Part shown: positions 19,508 through 28,785 of the stretch, piece by piece
How the letters are laid out: every line of letters starts with the position of its first letter
Position numbering within the stretch: the first letter of the stretch is position 1
DNA from: Candidatus Chisholmbacteria bacterium RIFCSPHIGHO2_01_FULL_52_32
GTDB lineage: Bacteria > Patescibacteriota > Microgenomatia > UBA1400 > Chisholmbacteraceae
Reading direction: 5' to 3'
Assembly: GCA_001816585.1 (NCBI GenBank)
Contig: MHCJ01000006.1
Location: 64,040 to 128,039, forward strand
DNA: 64,000 bases
Notes under the pieces: model-generated
Seen by the model: only the letters and a program-made list of their open reading frames with translations
Database searches by the model: none
What the model was told of the DNA's origin: nothing
Translations under genes and position numbers: made by a program

Positions 19508-20740
19508 TTATGGAAGCGAGATGCGATTCTCCAACACCACAATCAACCCGTCCGCAACCAACCCGAAAAGAAGCTTCCGTAATCGTTTCTTGTCCGAAAA
19601 TTGATATTGCTTTGCCATCACCGCAGATAATTTCTTTTCTGAAACAGAGCCTTTCCGTACCATATCCACAATCCTCCCCCGAAAATAACGATCCGTCTCC
19701 TCAAATCTCACTCTCTTTTCTCTTAAAGTGTTAACTTTTATGTTGTCGTTTTGCGCTTCATTAGGAGTTTGGTTCCGATACCACATACACAGACCCCTCA
19801 CAGGACACGCTTCGCATTTCGGCCTCCGGCTCACGCACACCATCGCCCCAAAATCCATCATCGCCTGATTCCACACATCTCCCTTCCCTCTCGGAACAAC
19901 AGCATCAGCAAACAAGAGAAGGTCATTCTCAGAAAAATGATCAGTCATATTCCCCTTTGGAGCTAACGCAGTTGAATTCTTCCCCCTTTGAACGCAGCTA
20001 GCCAAGATAAACCGAGCGAATTCCTCTGGAAAGTCATCAACTGTCTGACGAGCCTTTACGGCGAAGGAGTTGGATGACAGAGATGAGCGAGGCAATATCC
20101 TGGCAGACCGTTCATGGGGCACTCTTTCTTCGCCCATTCTTTGAGTGCGCAAAGAATGGGCAGATTCTTTTTGGCTAAGAAGCGTATTTGCTTCTTTTAT
20201 ATTGTTCACTCCCAAAAACACCCTCAATAGCACCCGCTTTGTGTTTATATCCAAAACCCCAACATCCTCCCCATACGCAAATGCCAGTATCGCCCTCGCG
20301 GTATATCGCCCTACCCCAGGAAGCCGCAACAGCTCCTCTTCGCTTCTCGGAAACTCCCCGTCAAACTCGGAAACGATTCTCTTGGCCGCTTTATGTAAAT
20401 AAACTCCCCGTCGGTTATACCCCAGTCCTCCCCATGCTCGGATGAGATCCGAAAGCTTCGCTCTTGCCAATCTCCGAACCGTAGGCCATCGCCGCATCCA
20501 CCGCCGGTAATAAGGAATAACACGCTCCACCTGGGTCTGCTGCAACATCACCTCGGAAACAAGAATCCGATAAGGATCGCGAATCGTCTGGGAGATAAAG
20601 CCTCGTCCCTCCCTCCACGGAAAACCTCTCTTGTGTTTTCGAAACCATAAAAGAATCGTCTGCTGGAAATGGCGCTTTTCTGGAAAAGATAATACAAAAC
20701 GTTCACGAAGATTCAGCACGTAAGGAGTATAGCACTCCAA
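19508..20740 (-). CDS. mutY: A/G-specific adenine glycosylase with a large in-frame insertion
   Basis: SEVMLQQT, GLGYNRR, HhH LPGVGRYTA, LDIN and Fe-S CVSRRPKCEACPVRGLC motifs. Confidence 0.9.
   Translation of the reverse strand: MECYTPYVLNLRERFVLSFPEKRHFQQTILLWFRKHKRGFPWREGRGFISQTIRDPYRILVSEVMLQQTQVERVIPYYRRWMRRWPTVRRLARAKLSDLIRAWGGLGYNRRGVYLHKAAKRIVSEFDGEFPRSEEELLRLPGVGRYTARAILAFAYGEDVGVLDINTKRVLLRVFLGVNNIKEANTLLSQKESAHSLRTQRMGEERVPHERSARILPRSSLSSNSFAVKARQTVDDFPEEFARFILASCVQRGKNSTALAPKGNMTDHFSENDLLLFADAVVPRGKGDVWNQAMMDFGAMVCVSRRPKCEACPVRGLCMWYRNQTPNEAQNDNIKVNTLREKRVRFEETDRYFRGRIVDMVRKGSVSEKKLSAVMAKQYQFSDKKRLRKLLFGLVADGLIVVLENRISLP
19983..20161. repeat. Structured ~180 bp repeat element, copy A (inside mutY)
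   Basis: Colinear similarity to 28221..28400 with nested inverted repeats. Confidence 0.85.
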
Positions 20741-20743
20741 AGT

Positions 20744-21493
20744 CTACCAGGCTTCCTCTTGGATACTCCTTAAGGAAGATTTGCTCTCCTCGCAAAAATC
20801 CAAGGGAATATTCTCAAACTGGAACCGTCTATTCCCGTACACCTCCACCCGCTCCGCCATCACACAATCCGGACGATCCACATGCTCAAGCCCTAAAAGG
20901 TGCCCAAATTCATGCCGCAGTGTTGACTCCTCAATCAAAGCACGCACCGAAGACCGCTCGGAAAGGCCCCAAATGGAATCCTTAAAAATAAAGATCACAT
21001 CACCCGAGAGCGTCAGCCCTGTATTCGAAGGGAACGACGACGATCGGGAAACGTAAAGAATATGAAGATAGCTCCCGTCTCCGTGCGGGGCGAGGTTCCG
21101 TGTGTTTCGCTCAAGTGCTCGCAATGCCTTATCCGAGAACTCTTCAATATCCTCAATCCTATTCTCCTCCGAAACCTCTACCTCAACCTCGTTCCTCCCT
21201 AAAGTGTCAAAGGCCAAATCACTCATCCAAGATTCAATCTCGGTATGAGAGGATCGATGCATCTGGTAATCGACTTCAATAAAGAGCTTCGTTCTTTGAG
21301 GGGAAAAATAGACAAAACGATTATCTCCGGGCCGATCAAGGAAAAAAAGTTTCCGTAACAGTTGGGAATGAAGAAAGACAGATCGATACTGCTGGTTGAT
21401 CGCGTTCGTAGGCGGAGCGATCCGAAACCGCTGCAGCAGAAAAACATAGAGCAAAGCAGCAATGACAAACAGCAGCGTAAATACTTTTGACAT
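20744..21493 (-). CDS. Membrane-anchored zinc metalloprotease (metzincin-like)
   Basis: HEFGHLLGLEH plus Met-turn CVM. Confidence 0.82.
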   Translation of the reverse strand: MSKVFTLLFVIAALLYVFLLQRFRIAPPTNAINQQYRSVFLHSQLLRKLFFLDRPGDNRFVYFSPQRTKLFIEVDYQMHRSSHTEIESWMSDLAFDTLGRNEVEVEVSEENRIEDIEEFSDKALRALERNTRNLAPHGDGSYLHILYVSRSSSFPSNTGLTLSGDVIFIFKDSIWGLSERSSVRALIEESTLRHEFGHLLGLEHVDRPDCVMAERVEVYGNRRFQFENIPLDFCEESKSSLRSIQEEAW

Positions 21494-21508
21494 GGACTTT
21501 ACATCTGT

Positions 21509-22882
21509 CTATTGGGAAAAGTCGGAGAGCTTCCGATGAACAACGGGGGGCACAACGTACGACTCGACCAACCCCTTCGTATTCAGAACCCTCAATTGTT
21601 CAAACAGAAATCCGAACCGCTCCGCCAAACTTCCGCGCATATCCGCCCGCGCGTCTTTATCAATACTCCAACACTCCTTCTTGAATGGCCCCCAGGCTTT
21701 CTTACGCAATTTGTAATGGAACTGTTCATCCGTCTGTCCATCCTTCCGTTCACCCGAAAGGTTCTCATCAACCCATGTATACATTTTCTCCAAGAGCTCT
21801 GCAGGAAATCGCGGATGATCCAAGGTGAGATTTTGAAATCCTGTGGAAAGATGAATCTCTAAAGTCCCTGCCTCAACAAACTTCCCGAACAGTTCGTTGG
21901 GCAGGGTGCTTGCCCCATGCTGCACCGCCCCGGCAAGACTGTACTCCTCTCGCGCCAGCTTCGAAAGTCGCTTAAGAGTTTCAAAATCAACCGCAACTTG
22001 CTCAATCGTCCCGTCCGGTAAAACCACACCGCCATGACTTGTCCCGGTTTGAACGGAAAGCTTCGAAAGTCCCACGAATCGTCCGCCTCGTGCTCCCTCG
22101 TACCCCTCCATAAATGCCGAGAGCTCTTCCTCCGTACTGTTATGACCCCCGACCTCCCCGATCTCCCCACCCAAAGAAATCGTAATACCCATAGGCTCTA
22201 AAGAGCGGGCGTGCTCGGAGAGCCCCGCACACATGGAAAAATTCGGTCGCTGCTGGTCCGAAGCCTTCTCCTTCGTAAGATCAACTAAGGTCGAAGTATC
22301 AATATCGATGTTGTACATCCCCGCACCGACAGCTTGAATGATAAGCGCCCGCAGCCCCTCTTCTTCCCTCTCCTTCGCAACTCCCGGCGCCTTTGCCTTG
22401 GCTTGAAAATGATCCCCCTGCAGAAAAACCGGTCCCCGATACCCCTCCCGCAATGCCGCGGCCAGCAACACCGTAACGTACTCGGATGGTGACTGGTCGG
22501 TGTATTCCATCTCGCTTCGCGCCAGCTCCAAAACAAAGGCCCCAACGCCAAGTCCGACTACCTTGGAAAAAAGTGACCGCGCCACATCGTAAGTCATCCC
22601 GCGAATATTAATCGCGGGAACGGTAAACGTCGCCGGAACCTCGCCCTTCCCGCGCGCAACATAGAAGTCATAAATCGAAGCCGGCCGTACCCCAACCTGC
22701 TGTCCGACTTCCCAAATGATCCACCGCGCAGCCGCTTTCTCCTCTTGATTTCCAAACGCAGCCGTCCATATCAACCGGTCCATCAAAGGAGACTGCAAAA
22801 CCCCAGTCTCCAAAACCTCAACTGCTTCCTCAGAAACACGAATAGCATCACCGAGAATGGAAAGGGTCGATTGTGCAATCAT
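21509..22882 (-). CDS. Class II fructose-bisphosphate aldolase family protein (long form)
   Basis: VPAINIRG, QGDH, GGEIGEVGG, GTSHGG and VQHGAS motifs. Confidence 0.88.
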   Translation of the reverse strand: MIAQSTLSILGDAIRVSEEAVEVLETGVLQSPLMDRLIWTAAFGNQEEKAAARWIIWEVGQQVGVRPASIYDFYVARGKGEVPATFTVPAINIRGMTYDVARSLFSKVVGLGVGAFVLELARSEMEYTDQSPSEYVTVLLAAALREGYRGPVFLQGDHFQAKAKAPGVAKEREEEGLRALIIQAVGAGMYNIDIDTSTLVDLTKEKASDQQRPNFSMCAGLSEHARSLEPMGITISLGGEIGEVGGHNSTEEELSAFMEGYEGARGGRFVGLSKLSVQTGTSHGGVVLPDGTIEQVAVDFETLKRLSKLAREEYSLAGAVQHGASTLPNELFGKFVEAGTLEIHLSTGFQNLTLDHPRFPAELLEKMYTWVDENLSGERKDGQTDEQFHYKLRKKAWGPFKKECWSIDKDARADMRGSLAERFGFLFEQLRVLNTKGLVESYVVPPVVHRKLSDFSQ

Positions 22883-23070
22883 AAGAAACCCACTTCAATT
22901 GTAAACTCATCTTACTCCAAATTGCATCTAAAATAGCGTGCAATACCCCAGAACACCAGATGTGCGATATGGCTGAATAAGCCTACAAAGCGCACATTCT
23001 GGTGTGAAAGGGGTGTACATTGGAATTGTGATGTCGACCAAATGAAAGGGAATGCAAGAAGAAAAATACC

Positions 23071-23472
23071 CTACTCTTCTTTGGAGAGCTCCTTATCAAT
23101 TTCCGTCATTTCCTGATCAATCCCGTCAAACGAGGTGCTCGAGAGGTCTGACTCAATTGCCGAAACTTCATCGGAAGCGGATTGCTGACCGTACTCGGTA
23201 GTCATTGTATCCTCCTGAGTTACCGGGGGTGTTTCAGACCCTTGCCCGACTTCTGACTTCCCTGCTCGACGCGAGGAGAGAAACCCCGCCACCACCGCCC
23301 CAATGGCCAATACCAAAACGAGCGCAACGATAAGACCGATCCGTCTCCCTCCTCCCTCTGCTGCAGGGGAAGGGGCCGGTGCGGGTGGAGTCACCACCGC
23401 TTCCGGTTGGCTCGGCTGTGCCGCTTCGGGCGCTGGTTGTTCTGCTGGTTCCATCGGTGTCTCTTCTGCCAT
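23071..23472 (-). CDS. Hypothetical single-TM acidic protein
   Basis: Pro/Ala-rich N-terminus, one TM helix, AAGGAG RBS. Confidence 0.75.
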   Translation of the reverse strand: MAEETPMEPAEQPAPEAAQPSQPEAVVTPPAPAPSPAAEGGGRRIGLIVALVLVLAIGAVVAGFLSSRRAGKSEVGQGSETPPVTQEDTMTTEYGQQSASDEVSAIESDLSSTSFDGIDQEMTEIDKELSKEE

Positions 23473-23491
23473 AGTTCTCCTTCGTTAATCG

Positions 23492-24190
23492 TTAAGGGGT
23501 AGGGGTTGCGGAAGGGGTTGACATCGGAGTGGCCGACGGCGTTCCCTCCTCCACTTCTGTCTGGAATCCCTTCATTGCCACGATAATACGAACCAATTTT
23601 TGATGGATTTTCTTCAGCTCATCCCGTGTCTCTTTGACGGTCTCCCGCACTTCCTCAAAGGCCTCCTTCGGATCTTCGGAAGCCAGGGCTTCCTCAAGTT
23701 TCGTATCCAATCCCGAAAGCAAGCCTTCGGAAAGAACGATCTCCTCTTTCGCCTCGGCCAAATCCTCACGGAGGCTCGAAACGTCTATCCCCAAAGCCTC
23801 CATCTTATCAAGCCGTGATTCAATCCGGTCTGCCAACCGCTTCATCCGCGCCACTGCTGCTTGGAAACGCTTCAGCATCAGCCCGAAAAATTTTCGGATG
23901 AACTCCTTCCGTCGCTCTGCCAGCCGGCGTTTGACCTCCGCCACTCTGGTTGCAATGTTCTCCTTCCGTAGTTCAATCCGATTCTGAATTTCCGTTTTCC
24001 TCTGTTCGAGCTTCTCCTGAATCGCCGCCTTCCGTTCCTCCCAACTCATTCGCCCCGTTGCCGAATCGGTAGCAGACCTTGCCGTATTCACCAAACCCAA
24101 AGGCTTCGCCAGGACACTTGAGCTGCCAACACTTGAAACCAGGAGGAAAACTGCAAGGAGTACTCGAACCCCAAAACGCATACTCTTCAT
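23492..24190 (-). CDS. Hypothetical exported coiled-coil protein
   Basis: Signal peptide, long E/K/R helical region, TPSATP tail. Confidence 0.78.
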   Translation of the reverse strand: MKSMRFGVRVLLAVFLLVSSVGSSSVLAKPLGLVNTARSATDSATGRMSWEERKAAIQEKLEQRKTEIQNRIELRKENIATRVAEVKRRLAERRKEFIRKFFGLMLKRFQAAVARMKRLADRIESRLDKMEALGIDVSSLREDLAEAKEEIVLSEGLLSGLDTKLEEALASEDPKEAFEEVRETVKETRDELKKIHQKLVRIIVAMKGFQTEVEEGTPSATPMSTPSATPTP

Positions 24191-24264
24191 ACTACCGACT
24201 CCCCACCCACCTTGTCAACCCAAGAGCTGAAAGCTCCTAGGCAACCCCATTAACGGAGCCAACC

Positions 24265-24289
24265 AAAAAACCGCGTTTAGCGCGCGGTT
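24265..24289 (-). terminator. Intrinsic terminator
   Basis: AACCGCG/CGCGGTT stem plus U-tract on the minus strand. Confidence 0.6.
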
Positions 24290-24338
24290 AAACAGTTAAA
24301 CAATACAGCAATGGAACAATTGAATGAGTCTTTACCTG

Positions 24339-24647
24339 CTACTCCCCCGCCGCCCGCTTCGTTCTCTCCTCAACCTCATCAACTTTCGCCAGAAGTTTGG
24401 ACAGAACTGTCGTAACCAAACCCCCTCCCTCCTCCGGAACCTTCTTTGTTGTAACGATCTCGTCCGCTGTCTCAAATTGCGCATCGATCATCAGCTGCCT
24501 GAGCAAATTGAGCTTAAGCTCCAGGAGTTCCGACGGCAACATCTGTGACAGCCGCGCCTTCCACCGGCCTTTCTCCGCATCGGTCAATCCGGATATCTCT
24601 ATAAGCTGCTTTATTTCCTCAAGCTGTTTATCGGAAGTCAAAATCAC
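24339..24647 (-). CDS. Hypothetical protein
   Basis: 102 aa ORF with GGAGG RBS, followed by a terminator. Confidence 0.7.
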   Translation of the reverse strand: MILTSDKQLEEIKQLIEISGLTDAEKGRWKARLSQMLPSELLELKLNLLRQLMIDAQFETADEIVTTKKVPEEGGGLVTTVLSKLLAKVDEVEERTKRAAGE

Positions 24648-24671
24648 AAGCCCTCCACCTTAAGGAGTGAG

Positions 24672-26345
24672 TTATTCAGCCGGCTTCAGCGCCTCTGCCG
24701 CCTGCTTCTCAAATTCTTTCGGGATCTTCTTCAGCTCATCCCACATGTTCATCAGAAAATACAACAAGTACATCGTTCGTAAGCTCTTTCGCTTCTCTCC
24801 CTTGATCTTCTTGTCAATTCCCGCGTCAAGCGCTTTATTGAGAGCCTCCCGCAGCTGCTCGTCAGTTGCACTCTTTAGCGTATCTTCCGGGATACCTCTC
24901 CGCTTCAACTCCTCCCGAAACACATTGTAAAAAACCTTCCGCACACCCCTATCCTTCCCCGCAATCTCCGCCGCCAAATCTTGGATCGACATCTCTCCAC
25001 TAGTGACTTTCTCCAATTTCTCCTGTATCTCTGAATAACTCTTCCCCACAAATTCAAGAAGTCCTGACTGGAGCCTTTTTTCCTCATGAGTCAATTCCCG
25101 CTTTTCAGCCTCCGCTGCCGCTTTCGGTGCCTCGGCTCTGGCTTTCGGAACTTCTGCTTTTTCGGTCGGCGCCGGCGCTTGGGCACGAGCAGCCTCAGCT
25201 TCAAGAGCTTTTAGTTGATCTGCCACCCTCCCACGCTCTTTACCCAATCTTTCCCAACGATCCCATTCATCCTCGGCCACAGCCGAATCATTCATGTCTT
25301 GATCCAACTGTACAAGTCGTGCTTCCAATTCCTCTTTCTTGGTCCTCGGCCGAGCTTCCTGCCCAGGTGTAACTTCTGCTGTCTCTGCTGCTGGCTGTGG
25401 GGCCTCCGCTTCCGGAACCGGTGCTTTCCCCGGCTCCCCGGAAACTGCATCTTCCCACTCCTCCTGCAACCGGGAAGAAACGTCTGCCTCAAGTTCCTGT
25501 CGTGCCTCAGCAACCTGAACCGACATCATAAGCAGGGGGTCTGCCCCCTCCTTCTCCATCGCCAAGCGGGCGGTCGAATGCACCTCCCGCGGACGAAATC
25601 CCACCACACCAAAACCAAGCCTCCGTTCGATCTCATTCCCGATCATCCGCTTCAAAGTTCCGTCAATCGGGCCTGCTCCGGAGGCCCTTTCAATAAACCC
25701 CATGGCGCGCTCTTGGAAACTCACTTCCCCGGAAAGTGCTCCATCGAGGTGATCTAAATGCCGATTAAGGGTCTTTCGCTTATGAAGGACAACCTCCACG
25801 TTACGTCGCTGTTCAGAAGCCATATTCCCAAGAGCGGCATCCAATCCATTTTTCCCTTGGGTGTATCCCTCACCATCCCGGCTCAACTCGATCATCCGGA
25901 CGTACTTCCCAATCTCTTCGGGAAGATCTCCAGCGTTTCTCTGAAGGAGAAAACCGACCCCGAACAAACGCGCTTTAATATCCTTTTGCCCGGAATGCTC
26001 CCGCCCGACGCCGCTTGACAGAACATCAACCTGCTCCCGAAGTTTTTCAGCATTGGGGTGATTCGGATTTTGTAAAAGCTCTGCCTGAATCTCTTCGGCT
26101 TCACCGACCAAAAGCGAGTCAACCTGATCAATCACCTTGTAATCCACCTGTGCGGGGGCCCCTGTTTCAAAGCGGGCAATGTGCCGCGGTTCAGTAGCGG
26201 TCTCAGCAGAAGACCCTGTCCCCTGCGCCATTCGCTTCCGGGCCGCAAACAAATGCTCGCTCACTCGCGGCTTCTTGGGCTTGCTGACACCTGTTTCTGT
26301 GACTTCCTGATCTTCTCCCATATTCCTGAAGGATAATTGTACCAT
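24672..26345 (-). CDS. Hypothetical helical protein
   Basis: 557 aa E/A/K-rich ORF with no recognised motif. Confidence 0.75.
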   Translation of the reverse strand: MVQLSFRNMGEDQEVTETGVSKPKKPRVSEHLFAARKRMAQGTGSSAETATEPRHIARFETGAPAQVDYKVIDQVDSLLVGEAEEIQAELLQNPNHPNAEKLREQVDVLSSGVGREHSGQKDIKARLFGVGFLLQRNAGDLPEEIGKYVRMIELSRDGEGYTQGKNGLDAALGNMASEQRRNVEVVLHKRKTLNRHLDHLDGALSGEVSFQERAMGFIERASGAGPIDGTLKRMIGNEIERRLGFGVVGFRPREVHSTARLAMEKEGADPLLMMSVQVAEARQELEADVSSRLQEEWEDAVSGEPGKAPVPEAEAPQPAAETAEVTPGQEARPRTKKEELEARLVQLDQDMNDSAVAEDEWDRWERLGKERGRVADQLKALEAEAARAQAPAPTEKAEVPKARAEAPKAAAEAEKRELTHEEKRLQSGLLEFVGKSYSEIQEKLEKVTSGEMSIQDLAAEIAGKDRGVRKVFYNVFREELKRRGIPEDTLKSATDEQLREALNKALDAGIDKKIKGEKRKSLRTMYLLYFLMNMWDELKKIPKEFEKQAAEALKPAE

Positions 26346-26404
26346 CCCTGGAGGCAGGAATCAAAACCCATAACAAATCTGTCGGCTCATGCTACAATGG
26401 AACC

Positions 26405-27100
26405 ATGTCGCTCCCAGTCTTGGAAAAGATCTTCGGAAGAAGTGAAGCCCACCCCGACCAAGAGCTTGCCCGCCGCCTTGAAAAACTCCTCCGCTCAATC
26501 GAAAAACCGCGGATCGCCCACCCCTCGAATTTCTGGATCGGAAGGGAAGTCCAAAAAACAACCGCACCGATCCTTCTGACCATCCCGTTTGAGGAAAAGG
26601 GGGAATTCGCCGTCGTCTGGGCCCAAAACCGGGCCCCCTACGGCCTGATGCTGTTCGCCAAAAGCCAATGGCCTGTCGTTGACTACGACCTCTGGGCCTA
26701 TACCAGAAGTAAGTACAGGGGCCATAACATTTCAAAGCTCACCCTCGCCGAAGGCATCCGCCAGCTTGCCATCGAAGGAAGAGACAGAGTACTGACCGCC
26801 GAGATCCTCATCGAAAATGAACGGACGCGCCAAGGCGCGGTCCGCTGGCTAAAAGTCCTGGGCTTTATCGCCTCGCAAGATAAAGCAGAGGAAAGCTATA
26901 AACGCATCTTCATGGCCGCCTACACGAAAGAAGTACTCAAGACAGCGCTCGCCACTCTCCCGGAACCCTACCAGCGTCCGGAAAAGAAAATGTCTCCCCT
27001 TCCTCCCGACCTCTTGACAGCCTTCGTCGGCCCCCTCACTGAAAGCTTCAACCAAGGCGGGAAAGCCCTGCTCGACCGCCGCCGCTCCGCGCCAGCATGA
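26405..27100 (+). CDS. Possible GNAT-fold protein
   Basis: KYRGHNIS and N...AVRWLKVLGF resemble GNAT motifs A and B; stop overlaps the next start (ATGA). Confidence 0.5.
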   Translation: MSLPVLEKIFGRSEAHPDQELARRLEKLLRSIEKPRIAHPSNFWIGREVQKTTAPILLTIPFEEKGEFAVVWAQNRAPYGLMLFAKSQWPVVDYDLWAYTRSKYRGHNISKLTLAEGIRQLAIEGRDRVLTAEILIENERTRQGAVRWLKVLGFIASQDKAEESYKRIFMAAYTKEVLKTALATLPEPYQRPEKKMSPLPPDLLTAFVGPLTESFNQGGKALLDRRRSAPA

Positions 27101-28146
27101 ACCCAAAAAGGATTTCCCGCGACCAGCGAATCGACATCCTCCGCATCCTCGCTGCATCTTGGGTCGTCCTTTTTCACTGGTGGGCAGCAATCTGGGGCTA
27201 TCCATCCGTCTTTCCCCAGTCACTCTCCCAATTCCTAAAGAACATTTCACAATTTCCCTTCGGCCCGTTCTATACCCTTTCCGTCCTCGGCGACAACGCC
27301 GTACCGCTGTTTATCGCAATTGCAGCCTACTGTCTCGCAAAAAAACAAAGGGTGGGCTGGGGCTGGATCCCGGATCGCCTCAGGAAAATCCTCTTCCCCT
27401 ACTGGGTTGCCATCCTTATCTCCTTTCCGCTCCTTGCCCTCGCCTGGAAACTCAATCCGAGCCTAATGAAACTTGCCGAGGTCAGACCCCTTACACTTGA
27501 GGGAATTATTGCCGCAGCCCTCCTTCTCCAAAATAGCTTCAAAGCCACCTTCCTTGCTCCGATCCAAGCTTGGTGGTTTGTCCCTATCCTCGTTCATCTC
27601 TACCTCATCTATCCCTTACTTTCCCGGCTCCGAAGCAATCGCTCCGCCTTCCGGTTTCTAACCATTACCATCCTCCTCCAGCTTGCCTGGAATGGACTCA
27701 TCATCTCCCGCGTCCTCGCGACAAATGAGATCCCTCTCCTCCTCCGCTTCTCCGGCCCCTCCTACCTCGCACTCTTTGCTGTTGGAATGATCCTTGCCGA
27801 AGCCAAACGGCGCCCATCATGGCTGACCGGCGCCATCTTCTGGTTCGGCGGCATACTGCTTCGCTTCGCCACCAACAGGCTCTTTCTCTTCTCGGAAACC
27901 CTCATCGGAACCGGCCTGCTCTTGATCGGCCTTCCGCTTGCTGAGGCGCTCATCCGCCGTACCCCAATCCTTGCCGAAAAACTCTCAATCCTCGGGAAAA
28001 AACGAAGCTACCTCGTCTATCTCCTCCACCAACCGATCATCTATGTTCTCTTAATCTTTAGCCTCCCTTTCTTCAGTAAACCCCTGATCACGCTCCTCCC
28101 CTTCCTCGCGGCTGGACTCTGGGTAGCTATCAACGTCAAACGCTGA
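27097..28146 (+). CDS. Acyltransferase-3 family membrane protein
   Basis: IDILRILA...VLFH, AVPLF, RLRKILFPYW and SYLVYLLH motifs. Confidence 0.88.
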   Translation: MNPKRISRDQRIDILRILAASWVVLFHWWAAIWGYPSVFPQSLSQFLKNISQFPFGPFYTLSVLGDNAVPLFIAIAAYCLAKKQRVGWGWIPDRLRKILFPYWVAILISFPLLALAWKLNPSLMKLAEVRPLTLEGIIAAALLLQNSFKATFLAPIQAWWFVPILVHLYLIYPLLSRLRSNRSAFRFLTITILLQLAWNGLIISRVLATNEIPLLLRFSGPSYLALFAVGMILAEAKRRPSWLTGAIFWFGGILLRFATNRLFLFSETLIGTGLLLIGLPLAEALIRRTPILAEKLSILGKKRSYLVYLLHQPIIYVLLIFSLPFFSKPLITLLPFLAAGLWVAINVKR

Positions 28147-28220
28147 CATTCTCCCAATACCCCTTTGAACGCAACCAACCAGACTAGCTTATTAGCTTGT
28201 AGCTTTCTCAGTTTCTAATT

Positions 28221-28400
28221 CCCCTTTGAACGCAGCTAGTCAAGATGAGCCGAGCGAATACTGCTAAGAAACGGCCACTGTTCGACGATCGCAGGACGCG
28301 AAGGAGTTTGGCAGTATGATATGAGCGAGGTGAAACCCTGACAGACCGTTCACTGGGGCACCCTTCTTTGGTTACTTTCTTGGGTGCGCAAGAAAGTAAC
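28221..28400. repeat. Structured ~180 bp repeat element, copy B (partial third copy at 28160..28183)
   Basis: Starts CCCCTTTGAACGCAGCTAG like copy A; ends in the GTTACTTTCTTG/CAAGAAAGTAAC hairpin. Confidence 0.85.
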
Positions 28401-28785
28401 GTTTATGCTCCTTCATCATGCACCGATCCATGACAACGGTGATCCCTGCCTTCCTCGCTCGCTTCGCCGCCTCTTCATGAATCACCCCTTCTTGCATCCA
28501 TATGACCGGCGCCTTGATCCGAATCGCCTGCTCCACAATCTCCGGCACAAACTCAGACCTGCGGAACACGTCAACCACATCCGGTTTCTCGGGAAGAGAT
28601 AATAAATCAGGGAAACTCTTCTCACCGAGCGTCTCAGAAATCATTGGGTTAACCGGATAAATCGTGTAGCCTACTCGCTGAAGGTAAGCCGCAACGATGA
28701 AACTGTAGCGCTCCGGCTTATCCGAAAGCCCCACAACCGCAATGATCCTGGCTGTTCTAAGAATCTTCGCTATAGACATCGGCAT
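28372..28785 (-). CDS. CoA-binding domain protein (YccU-like)
   Basis: IAVVGLSDKPER, YPVNP, VDVFR and WMQEG motifs; start reassigned to 28785 or 28779. Confidence 0.9.
   Translation of the reverse strand: MPMSIAKILRTARIIAVVGLSDKPERYSFIVAAYLQRVGYTIYPVNPMISETLGEKSFPDLLSLPEKPDVVDVFRRSEFVPEIVEQAIRIKAPVIWMQEGVIHEEAAKRARKAGITVVMDRCMMKEHKRYFLAHPRK

Noticed and set aside
20045-20066. Hammerhead-like core CTGACGA-GCC...GGC-GAA in repeat copy A
   Set aside because: GAA is followed by G rather than A, no stem III or cleavage triplet was found, and copy B lacks CTGANGA.
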